DNA from: Oligoflexia bacterium
GTDB taxonomy: Bacteria > Bdellovibrionota > UBA1018
Direction of reading: 5' to 3'
NCBI GenBank assembly: GCA_014378465.1
Contig: JACMNQ010000021.1
Location: 4,898 to 68,897 of the forward strand
Length of the DNA stretch: 64,000 bases
In this document: piece after piece, positions 40,863-50,235 of the stretch
Numbering within the stretch: position 1 is the first letter of the stretch
Layout of the letters: each line of letters begins with the position of its first letter
The notes under the pieces: generated by a model
Databases searched by the model: none
What the model was told of the DNA's origin: nothing
Seen by the model: only the letters and a program-made list of their open reading frames with translations
Position numbers and translations under genes: made by a program

Positions 40863-41902
40863 CCCGCGAGCCCGCTTTCGCGCGTGGCGTGACTTCTCTC
40901 ACCCGCGGCGTGACTGCGGAGGGCCTCATGATCATGAACTTCGGCCACAAGACAGGCGGCACTTCCGCCGGCGCGCTGAAACTCCGAGAGAGGCGCGTAG
41001 CGGGGGGTGTAGCCCTGCAGCTTCAGAGAGCGCATCAGGCCCGGCAGAAAACTGCCCAGAATCACGGTTTTTCCGACCTGCACCAGGTTGCAGCCAAAAC
41101 TCAGCGCCTCTCGCTCGGACACTTCGATCACTTTTGAAATCCAGGGCGAGCGCACGAGGAGCTCCCAGGATTTCGGCGCAAAAGCTCGTTTACAGGCGAT
41201 TGCAGTTCCGTCCTTGAGGACACTCAGCGCGGTATCGAGATGATACAGAAAAGGATCCACGAGCTTTAGCGGAAGGACGCTGACTCCGATTCGAACTTCG
41301 AGTGCGTGAGCGGACTCGAGAGTAGACCTGAAACCATGACCCATGAAAATGCCGTGGCCAGCGCAGACGACCAGGTCTCCGCCTTCGAGCTTGAACTGAG
41401 GTGGCAGCTCGACCACGGAAAAACCGCGTGAAAGGAGCGCTTTCTTCCGCCCAGCCTGCTCCGCCCTTCTCACCCCATGGAGAGGGTTGGCCAGGACGGC
41501 AAGCTGACTTGCACCTGGCTTCACGGATGAGGCAGGGCCTGCACTTGAAAGCAGAAGCGCATTGTCCTTGGTGAAAACTGAATCATAAGCGCTGCAGACG
41601 AACGGAAGCTCCACCACCTCTGCGCCGGCATCCCGCAAAAGCTGCTTGAAGTTCAGGTGCTGCGTGAACGCGATCTCGAGATCAGAGGACCCGGGCACCA
41701 TATGAGGGTTGATCGTCCACGCGATCTGAAAGTGACACTGCTCGGAGTGCGCGTGAGGCAGGGAGCAGGAAACATCGCTCAAAATGAAAGTGCTCTTTTT
41801 GGCTTCGGCAGATGAGTTTACCTGGGAGGACAAGGCCGATGACCAAGCCGGTGGTGAAGTCATGGAGGATGAAGCCATGGTGGATGAAGTCGCCAGTTGC
41901 AT
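40790..41902 (-). CDS. Amidinotransferase / dimethylarginine dimethylaminohydrolase superfamily enzyme
   Basis: Motifs INPHM, DSVFTKD, LEGGD, YHLDT and the C-terminal nucleophile GGSAAC. Confidence 0.85.
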   Translation of the reverse strand: MQLATSSTMASSSMTSPPAWSSALSSQVNSSAEAKKSTFILSDVSCSLPHAHSEQCHFQIAWTINPHMVPGSSDLEIAFTQHLNFKQLLRDAGAEVVELPFVCSAYDSVFTKDNALLLSSAGPASSVKPGASQLAVLANPLHGVRRAEQAGRKKALLSRGFSVVELPPQFKLEGGDLVVCAGHGIFMGHGFRSTLESAHALEVRIGVSVLPLKLVDPFLYHLDTALSVLKDGTAIACKRAFAPKSWELLVRSPWISKVIEVSEREALSFGCNLVQVGKTVILGSFLPGLMRSLKLQGYTPRYAPLSEFQRAGGSAACLVAEVHDHEALRSHAAGERSHATRESGLAGHTETLGLVTTSPTAARRSTSEYA

Positions 41903-42044
41903 ATTAGGTCATCACTAAGCACAAGGAAGGCCAAAAAGGGCCCTGTCTCAGAATCGTCTGAGAAAAAAACGCACAAATCCCCGTGCGCACGCTCGTGCTC
42001 CAATTCAAAGAGGGAGGCATACCTCCTGCATTCGTGAGTGCGAT

Positions 42045-43004
42045 ATGATTGACTCGAGCAGACCCGAACACCTCTCCAGGACTTTGCAACTTGCGTGGGC
42101 CCTGCAAAACAGGAAGCGCCTGAGTCCCAATCTCAACGCGCTTGAGTCCGCCCCCTCTTATCTCGACAGCCTGCTTGACCTGAAATGGAAAGCCGACCTC
42201 ACCGCTGAAGCGGAATTTGCCCGCATCGAAGGAGAATGGATCGAGTCTGAGCGCCGCGAAATCGCGCCCTGGGCCAATCAAGCACCTCGCACGCCGGACG
42301 ATTTCATCCAGTGGTTTGAAGACCTCAAGCAGACGGGTCCGGGCCAGCAGGATCCCCTTTTCCCGTGGCTTGCAAAAGAGGCCAGCTTTGAGGAAATGCG
42401 TTGGTTTTTGAAACAGGAAGTGGGCGGCGAGGCCGGCTTTGACGACTTGGTCGCTTTGACTCAGGTCAAGCTGCCCAATCAGGCCAAACTCGAACTTGCC
42501 CGAAACTACTGGGATGAGATGGGCCGCGGGAGTGAGCGCGGCATGCATGGACCGATGCTCCATCACCTCGCGGTGGAGCTCGAGCTTCACCCCGTGCCTG
42601 AAGCCGAGATCGTGACTGAGAGTCTGGCCCTGGGCAATCTCATGGTCGGCATGGCCTTTCACAAACGCTATACTTATCAGTCCATCGGAGCGCTCGGGGT
42701 GATCGAGCTCACGGCGCCGGGACGAGCCTCGTGTGTTTACGAGGGGTTAAAGCGTCTGGACGTGAGTTCCACGGGCCGCCAGTACTACCTGCTCCACTCA
42801 ACTCTGGATGTGAAACATTCAGAAGCCTGGAACCGCGAAGTGCTCCGCCCACTGATCTCGGCCAGCCCGAAAGTTGCGCCGCTCATTGCCGAAGGCGCAC
42901 TTCTTCGGCTGAAAGCCGGCAGTTTCTGCTTCCGGCGTTACCGGCGGGAGCTCGATCTACTGAATCTCAACTCCAAAATCGCAAGTCTGCGCTTGACGGC
43001 TTAA
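42045..43004 (+). CDS. Iron-containing redox enzyme (heme-oxygenase-like diiron oxidase, HDO)
   Basis: QEVGGEAGFDDLVA, YWDEMGRG..H, LGVIEL and H-x3-D-x2-H (HSTLDVKH), matching the diiron ligand pattern. Confidence 0.85.
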   Translation: MIDSSRPEHLSRTLQLAWALQNRKRLSPNLNALESAPSYLDSLLDLKWKADLTAEAEFARIEGEWIESERREIAPWANQAPRTPDDFIQWFEDLKQTGPGQQDPLFPWLAKEASFEEMRWFLKQEVGGEAGFDDLVALTQVKLPNQAKLELARNYWDEMGRGSERGMHGPMLHHLAVELELHPVPEAEIVTESLALGNLMVGMAFHKRYTYQSIGALGVIELTAPGRASCVYEGLKRLDVSSTGRQYYLLHSTLDVKHSEAWNREVLRPLISASPKVAPLIAEGALLRLKAGSFCFRRYRRELDLLNLNSKIASLRLTA

Positions 43005-43182
43005 CGCACCTAGTCTATCTCTCCGTTCCATAGGATTTGTTTAAAAGTTCCCTCCAGCCCCTGCTGGCCCGGGACTGGAATGAAACGATGCGAAGCATCG
43101 AAACGGGGTGAGTACGGGAATGAAAAATCCACGTGCGTACCCGGTTTTCTTTTGAGATCAAGTAAACGCACACTGTCGCTTT

Positions 43183-43737
43183 TTGGGCCTGATTGAAAAG
43201 CTGGAGATTGAACCTCTCATGAATTCTTTTCTGACCTCACTGACCCCTGTCCAACTCAGACCTCGTTTGCCCATTCAAATTCCCAGGTTTTCGGAACTGT
43301 TTGGCAAACGATCGTTTCATCTGCCCCGTTTCGCGATGCCCAAACCCGTGGACCGGGTGAAAGCCATGATCGACACTTTTGAAGATGAAGCCAACGGGAT
43401 CTCGCTGGACATCCGAAACCTGGAGCAGCGCCTCTTCGACCGCGGGGTCTTCATCCCTTACGATTACGCGATCACCAAGCGCTACGAATCCAATGACGAC
43501 TACTCTCCTCTCGTGAAAGCACTCGAAATTTCCTGGGACAATTACCGTGGCAAGGGCTTTCGCCTGCTCCTGAGAGAAGAAAAGTACACGAATCTCAAGG
43601 GCGCGCCTCGCATTCGCCTCGTGACTCCGCTGGTGGATTGCACTTCAGTCAAAAAAGTTCAGGCCTATTACCACCTGGATAAATTTCTGACGGGCCTTGC
43701 GAAGAACACGCACTCGAGTTCGTCTTTGGTTTCCTGA
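43183..43737 (+). CDS. Hypothetical protein
   Basis: 184-aa ORF with protein-like composition. An alternative ATG lies at 43219. No family recognised. Confidence 0.6.
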   Translation: MGLIEKLEIEPLMNSFLTSLTPVQLRPRLPIQIPRFSELFGKRSFHLPRFAMPKPVDRVKAMIDTFEDEANGISLDIRNLEQRLFDRGVFIPYDYAITKRYESNDDYSPLVKALEISWDNYRGKGFRLLLREEKYTNLKGAPRIRLVTPLVDCTSVKKVQAYYHLDKFLTGLAKNTHSSSSLVS

Positions 43738-43856
43738 CCTTTTTCTGCTTCATTCGCACGATTTGTCCTCAGCACTGCGAAATGGACTGCTCACTCAGGG
43801 ACCTTTAGGGGGTACCTGAGTGAAAGAAACCCGAAAGGGTTTCTCAGTCCCAGCTG

Positions 43857-43896
43857 AAAAAGAAAGCCGAATGGAAGGGGTTCCATTCGGCTTTCT
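43857..43896 (-). terminator. Rho-independent terminator
   Basis: Perfect 16-bp stem agaaagccgaatggaa/ttccattcggctttct with an A tract on the left, giving a U tract on the minus strand. Confidence 0.75.
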
Positions 43897-44035
43897 CTAT
43901 TTTGGAGCTCGCATCGGCGCCGGTTTCGGGGTTTCATCTTTTGCCGGCCTCCGGGTTTTACGTTACGTCGAAGCAGGCTTTGCAGTGGTGCGCAGGATAT
44001 ACGAAACTAAAGCGACTGCCTGCGCGCGAGATGAC

Positions 44036-44212
44036 TCAAGCCGCTTTCTTCTTGCGGCAGGACCCTTTGGCTCCGGGCTGGGTACCGGGCACGCGCACGA
44101 ACCCAGACCAGCAGGAGGTCTTTTTCGCTTTACTCTTCGGGGTCCCACGCGCTTGCGCGGGTTTCCGTTTTTTGGCCGCCGAGACTTTGGACGATTTTCT
44201 TGCAGTGGGCAT
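44036..44212 (-). CDS. Small (58 aa) Lys/Arg-rich protein with CW...RVPGT..GAKGSC motif, below the ORF-track cut-off
   Basis: Translated by hand: MPTARKSSKVSAAKKRKPAQARGTPKSKAKKTSCWSGFVRVPGTQPGAKGSCRKKKAA*. The ATG overlaps the upstream stop (TGATG) and a terminator follows. Confidence 0.7.
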   Translation of the reverse strand: MPTARKSSKVSAAKKRKPAQARGTPKSKAKKTSCWSGFVRVPGTQPGAKGSCRKKKAA

Positions 44213-44451
44213 CAGACGATCCTTTTCACTTTGAGGGTTCGGTGATCTTCGGCAGGTGAAACGATGAAGAAGCTCTGGCCGCGCTTGTAGATTTCGGCTT
44301 CATTCAGACCGGTTTGCGCAGTCTGGGTGAGCCGTAAAGCCGTGTGCTCCAGAGCTTCGGAAAGTTCGGGGTCGAGTTCATGATCGCGATTTGCGAGCGA
44401 ATCGGGATGAGCGGAGCGATTTCGGGGATTCATGCACTGATTACGGGGCAA
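44212..44451 (-). CDS. Small hypothetical protein
   Basis: 79-aa ORF (or 73 aa from an internal ATG). Its stop is coupled to the next ATG. Confidence 0.5.
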   Translation of the reverse strand: MPRNQCMNPRNRSAHPDSLANRDHELDPELSEALEHTALRLTQTAQTGLNEAEIYKRGQSFFIVSPAEDHRTLKVKRIV

Positions 44452-44541
44452 AAAGCGAGCCGTTTGATCGTGAATTGCAGACGAAATTCGAAGCGAGGGG
44501 CTGAGAGTCCTGGACCGTGGCTTGAAGTGATGAGCAAAAAG

Positions 44542-45000
44542 TCATGACGCCTTCTCGTACCGGGCTTTTCGCTTGGCAACGTACTGTTGATGATGCGCCT
44601 CGGCCCGGTAGAACGGCACCGCTGGCACGACCGAGGTCCACTGCCGGGTGGGCTGCCGCGCTCTCGAGCGGATCGCCAAACGCTCCTGATCTGGCGTATG
44701 AAAGAAGATCACGGATCGGTATTGATAACTCGAATCGTGATCCGATCGGTGAGTCGCGCGCGGGTCATGGATCTCCCAGAATTTCTCGAGGAGTTCTTCG
44801 TAACTGACGACTTTTGGATCGAAGAGGACTTCGACGGTCTCGGCATGCCCGGTATTTCCGGTGCAAACCTCTGAATAGCGCGGGTTGCTCGTCGTTCCTC
44901 CCGAATAGCCCACGGCAGTTTCGACCACGCCCTTCAGATTTCGAAACGAGTCTTCGACTCCCCAAAAACAGCCGGCTCCCAAAGTAAATTTTTCGGTCAT
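44542..45000 (-). CDS. msrA: Peptide methionine sulfoxide reductase MsrA
   Basis: Motifs GAGCFWGVE, VGYSGG..NPRYSEVCTG.TGHAE, QYRSVIF and FYRAEAHHQQY. ATG at 45000. Confidence 0.93.
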   Translation of the reverse strand: MTEKFTLGAGCFWGVEDSFRNLKGVVETAVGYSGGTTSNPRYSEVCTGNTGHAETVEVLFDPKVVSYEELLEKFWEIHDPRATHRSDHDSSYQYRSVIFFHTPDQERLAIRSRARQPTRQWTSVVPAVPFYRAEAHHQQYVAKRKARYEKAS

Positions 45001-45568
45001 GACAGCCTCCCTCCTTCGCCTGTGGTGCAATCCGGAGACCCTTTGCCGCCGTATCATTCTCGATATTCACGTCATGGTCACGATTAGCCCGGCTGATGCC
45101 GCGATCGAAACAATCGATTGGCCTCATCACTCCTGCCATGAAAGATCAGGCTCACGACGCGAGGCCGCTTCCAGCAGTTGTCGGGCGCTCTCGTGGAACT
45201 TGGGCGTGACGAGGTTTCGTTCTTCCCGGTTCACTCAGCAACCACGGAGATCGTATTCAAAAGGCCCTCGAGTCCAGCCTCGCCCGCGTTTTCTCCTCTC
45301 GAACTGGAGATCACGACACTGAATGCCGAGCACGAACCCAAAATCGACAGGTACTCGGCTTAGTGCAGCCGCTTTCCTGAAATTCAGGTCAAGCCGATGA
45401 AATGCGGCAAGGATCAGAAACTCTGCTACGGCGACTGCAGGCCGATCGACCGGGGATGTGGCCATCACCGCTGAAAACGCAGAGCGGCAATTGCGCCAGA
45501 CTGCTTGGAGAACACCTCTCGAGACTCCCCTCGCCTTATCTCAGCTCGTCTGATAGCTTGAACTCACT

Positions 45569-45926
45569 GGGGACGTCACGGCTTCGACGGGAGTCTTGAT
45601 GCCTTGGATGCATGTCGTGGTTCGTCGAAGGCCACGTAAAAATCGACGAAATGTAATTGGCAACGATTACGCAATGGCTGCTTAATAGTTAACTCTATTT
45701 AAGTACCACGGTCTACCCGAAGGCTCCCATCGTTCGGAATAGTCCGTCATTGAATGGGATAGGTTCCTGGTTCTCGCAGATGGCCAGGGAGCGAAACTAA
45801 AGTCTGCGGAGGGTGAGAACAGGTTGTCTGTAGTCGTTTCTCACTTAATCCAAACTACAGAATACGCATGTAGATTCTAAGGTTGATGTCTTTCGGACGA
45901 GGGTTCGACTCCCTCCGTCTCCACCA
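45569..45926 (+). ncRNA. ssrA: tmRNA
   Basis: The 5' end GGGGACGtcacggcTTCGAC pairs with the 3' CGTCTCC-A-CCA (G3-U70). T-arm GAGGG-TTCGACT-CCCTC. Internal tag ORF ends in Ala-Ala. Length 358 nt. Confidence 0.95.
45659..45685 (+). other. tmRNA proteolysis tag reading frame (A)GNDYAMAA*
   Basis: GGC AAC GAT TAC GCA ATG GCT GCT TAA, followed by TAG. Confidence 0.85.
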
Positions 45927-45931
45927 ATATC

Positions 45932-45971
45932 AAAAAAGGGTCCCCTTCTTCACGGAAGGGGGCCCTTTTTT
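45932..45971 (+). terminator. ssrA terminator
   Basis: Hairpin aaaaaagggtccccttc-ttcacg-gaagggggccctttttt. Confidence 0.85.
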
Positions 45972-46077
45972 GATTTTAATTGGGGAGCGAAGGATCGTCG
46001 AGAGCTCCGTGTTCCGCTTCGCGGCCACTCGCTCACGCGTCACATGAAAACTCTTTCAGAGTTTTTCTGCGCTCGCG

Positions 46078-46094
46078 TCCCTCCGTCTCCACCA
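46078..46094 (+). repeat. ssrA 3'-end copy 1 (att-like)
   Basis: tccctccgtctccacca, 17/17 identical to 45910-45926. Followed by the hairpin ggggttgaaga/tcttcagcccc and a T tract. Confidence 0.9.
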
Positions 46095-46398
46095 AATTGG
46101 AGGGGTTGAAGAGTAAAATCTTCAGCCCCTTTCTTTTTCAATAATAAAAACAAACTAGCTCACAGGGGTTCTTTTAGGTCACTTAGCCATTCCACTCCAA
46201 ATCACGCAAAATAACCCCACTTGTTGTGCGTTGCAGTAATCGGCTGTAGTAAGCCACCCGGTTACTACGTTCATTTCTAAGTATGTAGATTTTAAACCGG
46301 CTAAGTGTTGGAATGGCCGCTATGAGACCCCGTAGCCCTCTCCTGGTTTAGATCAACCAGCGGAGGCCACCCACGCGGTCCGCGCTAAAAGAAATCAG

Positions 46399-46459
46399 GT
46401 GTCGTCGTCTGTCTGGGAATGACTCCCCGGAAAGTGTCGTCGCTTATGTGGGAATGACC
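46399..46459 (+). repeat. Two bipartite direct repeats GTGTCGTCG-N6-TGGGAATGAC, period 35 bp
   Basis: Copies start at 46399 and 46434; 19/19 conserved positions are identical. Confidence 0.7.
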
Positions 46460-46498
46460 CTAGCTAAACTGCCGTCGAGTTGGTGGGACGGAAAACTT

Positions 46499-49400
46499 TT
46501 AATGCCGGAGTAAAAGTGGAAGCTCAATAATGAACTTCGTTCCCTTCCCTTCTTCACTCTCTACCCGAATATTTCCCTGATGGCCGGTCACAATCTGTTT
46601 GACGATGTAGAGGCCAAGCCCAAGACCACTGACGTGGCGCGAAACATTCGCGCGCTCAAAGCGCTCAAATATTTTTTCCTGACACTCTTTGAGAATGCCG
46701 GGACCAAAATCCTGAACAACGAGTACAGCGGTCGCACCCTCAACCGAGACCCGAATTTGAATCGAATGGCCGGGTGCATACTTAATGGCGTTAGAGATCA
46801 AATTGACGATGACCTGCTCGATACGCGCTGGGTCCCAGCGAACGACTAGGTTCGGGGTGACTTCAACTTGAACCGAACACTCTGCCCGCTCAAGCTGTTC
46901 GGAAAAGTGGAGGACCGCCTCCCGGATAACTGCTTCCACGTTCATCGTCTGGAAACTGAAGGCCAGAATTCCAGCCTGAATTTGAGCGACATCGAGTAAG
47001 TTTTCTACCAAACCGGCCAAGCGATCGGTCGCCTCTATCGACTTGTCAATCAGCTTTTCAGAGGAGGAAGCTTGGCCGAGTTCTGTTTGGATTCGTTTTT
47101 TTGCCAGCTGGAGTTGTAAAATCAATGCAGTAATAGGGTTCTTAAACTCATGAGACGCGATCGCCATGAACTCATCACGAGAGTGAAGTGCTTCTTGGAG
47201 CTTGGATGTCAGTCTTTCCATCTCCCTGCGCGCCGTCACCTGCTCGGTCACTTCATAACCGAAGATCAGGACCGCTTCGGTTTCTCCGGCTAAGTCTTTC
47301 ATCGGTTCAACTACAAAGGAGAAGTACCCTTTTCTCTCTTGGCGTCCGAGACGGTCGAGTGTCGCTTCATATTCGTTTGCGACGAAAGACTGTCCCGTAC
47401 GATAAACCTTCTCGAAAATAAGATGGGTTTCTTCTTCCATCTCTGGCAGAGCTTCGCGTAACGACTTGCCTATGATGGAATCTTCTTTACCGATCAGCGC
47501 AAGGTATCGAGAATTGGCAATATCGAAGGTGAGTTTTTCGCCCTTGAGTAAAGCTACGGCAGCAGGCGCTTGCATAAAAACGTTGTAAATGTTTTCTCGC
47601 TGAAAATTTGACTCCGCACGAAGCCTTCCAATTTCAAGATGGGTCATTACGCGGGCTATGAGTTCTTTGGCAGAAAATGGTTTTATAAGATAATCATCAG
47701 CGCCCGTTTCCAAGCCTTCAATGCGTGACTCTTCGCCTGCTCGGGCCGAGAGTAGGATACAAGGTATTCCTTTTGTTTTTGGATTCTCCCTGAGTCGTTT
47801 GACTAACTCCAAGCCGTCCATCTTGGGCATCATGACATCACTGAGAATAAGATCAGGCGCATGATGGTTAGCCGAAATCAGGGCAGCTTCTCCATCCCCT
47901 ACCGCCTCGATATCGCAATGAGGTTGGAGCAGGTTCTTCACATAGCCGCGCATGTCGGAATTATCATCGGCGATGAGGATTCTCGCACGTTTCTTACCTT
48001 TGATAAACGCATCGAAACTCACTGGACTCGTCTGCGAGTCCGGGAGCCACCTCAGCGCTTCCTCTACAAACTCGGCACCCTGGGCTTCAATGGCCTCCCC
48101 CTCTTTGGCGCTCCCTAAGAGGTCAGCGGGTAAATGTTCTTTGCCGAGTGGAATTTCAACCGTGAACTCGGACCCCGTCCCTAACTCGCTTCGTACTGAG
48201 TTCGTGCCCCCATGAAGCTTTACGAGCTCCTGAGTCAGCGCAAGCCCGATGCCCGAGCCCTCATGGGTTCGCCCTTGTGCCCCTTCTACTCGGTGAAAGC
48301 GTTCAAAGAGGTGGGGAATTTCGGTAGCGGGAACGCCGACGCCCGTGTCTCGAACACTGAGGCGGGCCCATCCATTGGCTTGAGTCAACCTGACTTCGAT
48401 CTCCCCGTGGAGGGTAAACTTAAAGGCATTTGAAAGAAGATTAAGAACGACCTTTTCCCACATTTCACGGTCGACATAGACCGATTCGTGTAGACCAGAA
48501 GTTTCGACGATCAGCTTGAGACCCGCTTTTTCTATAGCTGCGCGAAACATTCCCGAAAGTTCGACGGTCAGTTTTGAAAGATCTGTCGGCCGGAATACCG
48601 CTTTCATGCGGCCGGCCTCAATGCGGGAAAAATCCAGGAGCGAATTGACTAACTTGAGAAGCCTTCGTGCGTTCCGGTAGGCAAGCTCATCTCGCACTCT
48701 ATGCTCCGGCCCCAGGGAAAGATTGGGATGAGCCAAGTTGTCTTCCAGCGGCCCGAGCATCAGCGTAAGCGGCGTACGAAACTCGTGCGAAACATTTGAA
48801 AAAAATGCAGTTTTAGCACGATCAATCTCCGCTAAAGCCTCGGCCCTTTTTTTTTCTTGCGCGTAGGCCCGCACGTTGGTGAACGCGGTGTTGACCGCAT
48901 TTCCCAAGGACTCATAGAAACTCAGGTAGTCGGCGTCGAAGGCACGTCGCGCACTGACGCCCGCTACCAGGAAGCCAAAAGGGTGATCAACGCCCGAAAT
49001 TAAAATGGGTAGAATAACGGCTTCCCGGAGCGCTTCGGGATAGGGCTCGCAAATCAGCGGACCCCATAAGCGCTCGAGGTCACTTACGAACTTCATTTTC
49101 TTGGCACGAGCTACTTCCGCGAGTGGCCAGGTTTGCTGACTCTCATTTTCAAGGTCAATCGAATCGGGCGTACTTGTGGTTCCACTCGGCAGTCCGACAC
49201 TTTTAATCAGGCGGGCGCTTTTTCCAGATTCATCCAGTTGGTAAATGAGGAAGAACGGCAGGTCGAGATTACTGGCCCCGTGGGTCTTCTCGGCAAAATC
49301 GACGATTTCAGTCTCAGTCTGGGCTTTGGCGATTTGGGTGGAAAAGTCACGAACGGCTTGAGTCCGCCTTGAACTCAGCATCCGGTTGGTGGTTTCGGTA

Positions 49401-49894
49401 ATCGGGTGGAAAAGTCCGCCGACTTCCCCCGACTCGTCACGAATCGGACTGAAGGAGAACGTCATGAACGCTTCTTCCAAATAGCCATCCCGATCGAGGA
49501 ACATGCGCTGGTTCTCGATGTAGGAACCTTTGCCAGACCAGGCCCGTGCAAAAATTTCGCCTACTACGGGCAGCGCCGTAGCCCAGCAATCATTGAATCT
49601 CTGACCCATGGCCTGTGGGTGTTTGGCACCGCAGATCGGTCGATAGCTGTCGTTGTAGATCTGAACGTTCTCCGGTCCCCAAGTGATGAGGATAGGAAAG
49701 GTCGAAGAGAGGCACAAGCTTACCGTGGTACGCAAGCTCTGGGGCCACAGTTCGACCGGCCCGAGAGGAGTCTTGCCCCAATCCAGAGAGCGGATCAGCG
49801 CCCCCATTTCGCCGCCCCCCGAAAGAGCGTCGTACTTAGCTGAATCAGGGTCTCTCGAGGCTGGGACGGCGCTAGTAATTTCCTTAATTTTCAT
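46499..49894 (-). CDS. Hybrid sensor histidine kinase (PAS/GAF-HisKA-HATPase-REC-PAS-HisKA-HATPase)
   Basis: Two H-boxes (VSHEFRTPL, ASHEFKNPI), two ATPase domains (NLLSNAFKF/DTGVG/GSGIGL and NLISNAIKY/DFGPG/GLGLGL) and a receiver domain (IADDN..SDVMMPKMDG..KPF). Confidence 0.93.
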   Translation of the reverse strand: MKIKEITSAVPASRDPDSAKYDALSGGGEMGALIRSLDWGKTPLGPVELWPQSLRTTVSLCLSSTFPILITWGPENVQIYNDSYRPICGAKHPQAMGQRFNDCWATALPVVGEIFARAWSGKGSYIENQRMFLDRDGYLEEAFMTFSFSPIRDESGEVGGLFHPITETTNRMLSSRRTQAVRDFSTQIAKAQTETEIVDFAEKTHGASNLDLPFFLIYQLDESGKSARLIKSVGLPSGTTSTPDSIDLENESQQTWPLAEVARAKKMKFVSDLERLWGPLICEPYPEALREAVILPILISGVDHPFGFLVAGVSARRAFDADYLSFYESLGNAVNTAFTNVRAYAQEKKRAEALAEIDRAKTAFFSNVSHEFRTPLTLMLGPLEDNLAHPNLSLGPEHRVRDELAYRNARRLLKLVNSLLDFSRIEAGRMKAVFRPTDLSKLTVELSGMFRAAIEKAGLKLIVETSGLHESVYVDREMWEKVVLNLLSNAFKFTLHGEIEVRLTQANGWARLSVRDTGVGVPATEIPHLFERFHRVEGAQGRTHEGSGIGLALTQELVKLHGGTNSVRSELGTGSEFTVEIPLGKEHLPADLLGSAKEGEAIEAQGAEFVEEALRWLPDSQTSPVSFDAFIKGKKRARILIADDNSDMRGYVKNLLQPHCDIEAVGDGEAALISANHHAPDLILSDVMMPKMDGLELVKRLRENPKTKGIPCILLSARAGEESRIEGLETGADDYLIKPFSAKELIARVMTHLEIGRLRAESNFQRENIYNVFMQAPAAVALLKGEKLTFDIANSRYLALIGKEDSIIGKSLREALPEMEEETHLIFEKVYRTGQSFVANEYEATLDRLGRQERKGYFSFVVEPMKDLAGETEAVLIFGYEVTEQVTARREMERLTSKLQEALHSRDEFMAIASHEFKNPITALILQLQLAKKRIQTELGQASSSEKLIDKSIEATDRLAGLVENLLDVAQIQAGILAFSFQTMNVEAVIREAVLHFSEQLERAECSVQVEVTPNLVVRWDPARIEQVIVNLISNAIKYAPGHSIQIRVSVEGATAVLVVQDFGPGILKECQEKIFERFERANVSRHVSGLGLGLYIVKQIVTGHQGNIRVESEEGKGTKFIIELPLLLRH

Positions 49895-50161
49895 ATTTAA
49901 AATATGGTCGTCAGCGGCTCGCGAGTTTTAGACCCAAGTGGAGCCTGTAAACACTTAGGGCAAAGAAAGCGAGGTTTAAATACCGAACCTATCAAGTCTT
50001 CTATTGCAGCGCCGTATCCGGGTTGCGCCAGAATGGGACTTTTATCTGATGTCTTCGTCAAAGACTACTCATAGATCGGCAGGAAGCGCCTCGCCTTCTC
50101 GTTTTGACCAAGTCTCAGCTTCTCTTGGATTGGGAATCGCGTTGCCTGGAAAAGATTCCCA

Positions 50162-50235
50162 TGGCCGATTTCACGCGAGCTGACCCCTACGTTTTCACTC
50201 AACTGACCCCTGCTCTTTTCACTTGAGTTGACCCC
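50162..50235 (+). mobile_element. Orphan IS21-type terminal repeat
   Basis: TGGCCGATTtCAcgcGAGCTGACCC plus two internal TTCACT..A.TGACCC repeats, similar to the element end at 50488. Confidence 0.7.

Noticed and set aside
43800-43850. c-di-GMP-I riboswitch (GAAA tetraloop hairpin)
   Set aside because: It lacks the GCAAACC...GGGACGCAAAGC core and lies between convergent gene ends, not in a leader.
43820-44245. Plus-strand ORFs 43820-44245 and 43902-44234
   Set aside because: They are antisense to the coupled small-gene pair, run through terminator hairpins, and have no motifs.
45130-45468. Selenoprotein read-through (RGC-TGA-VN) of the 77-aa minus-strand ORF upstream of msrA
   Set aside because: Neither side resembles a known selenoprotein, and no SECIS-like hairpin is evident after the TGA.
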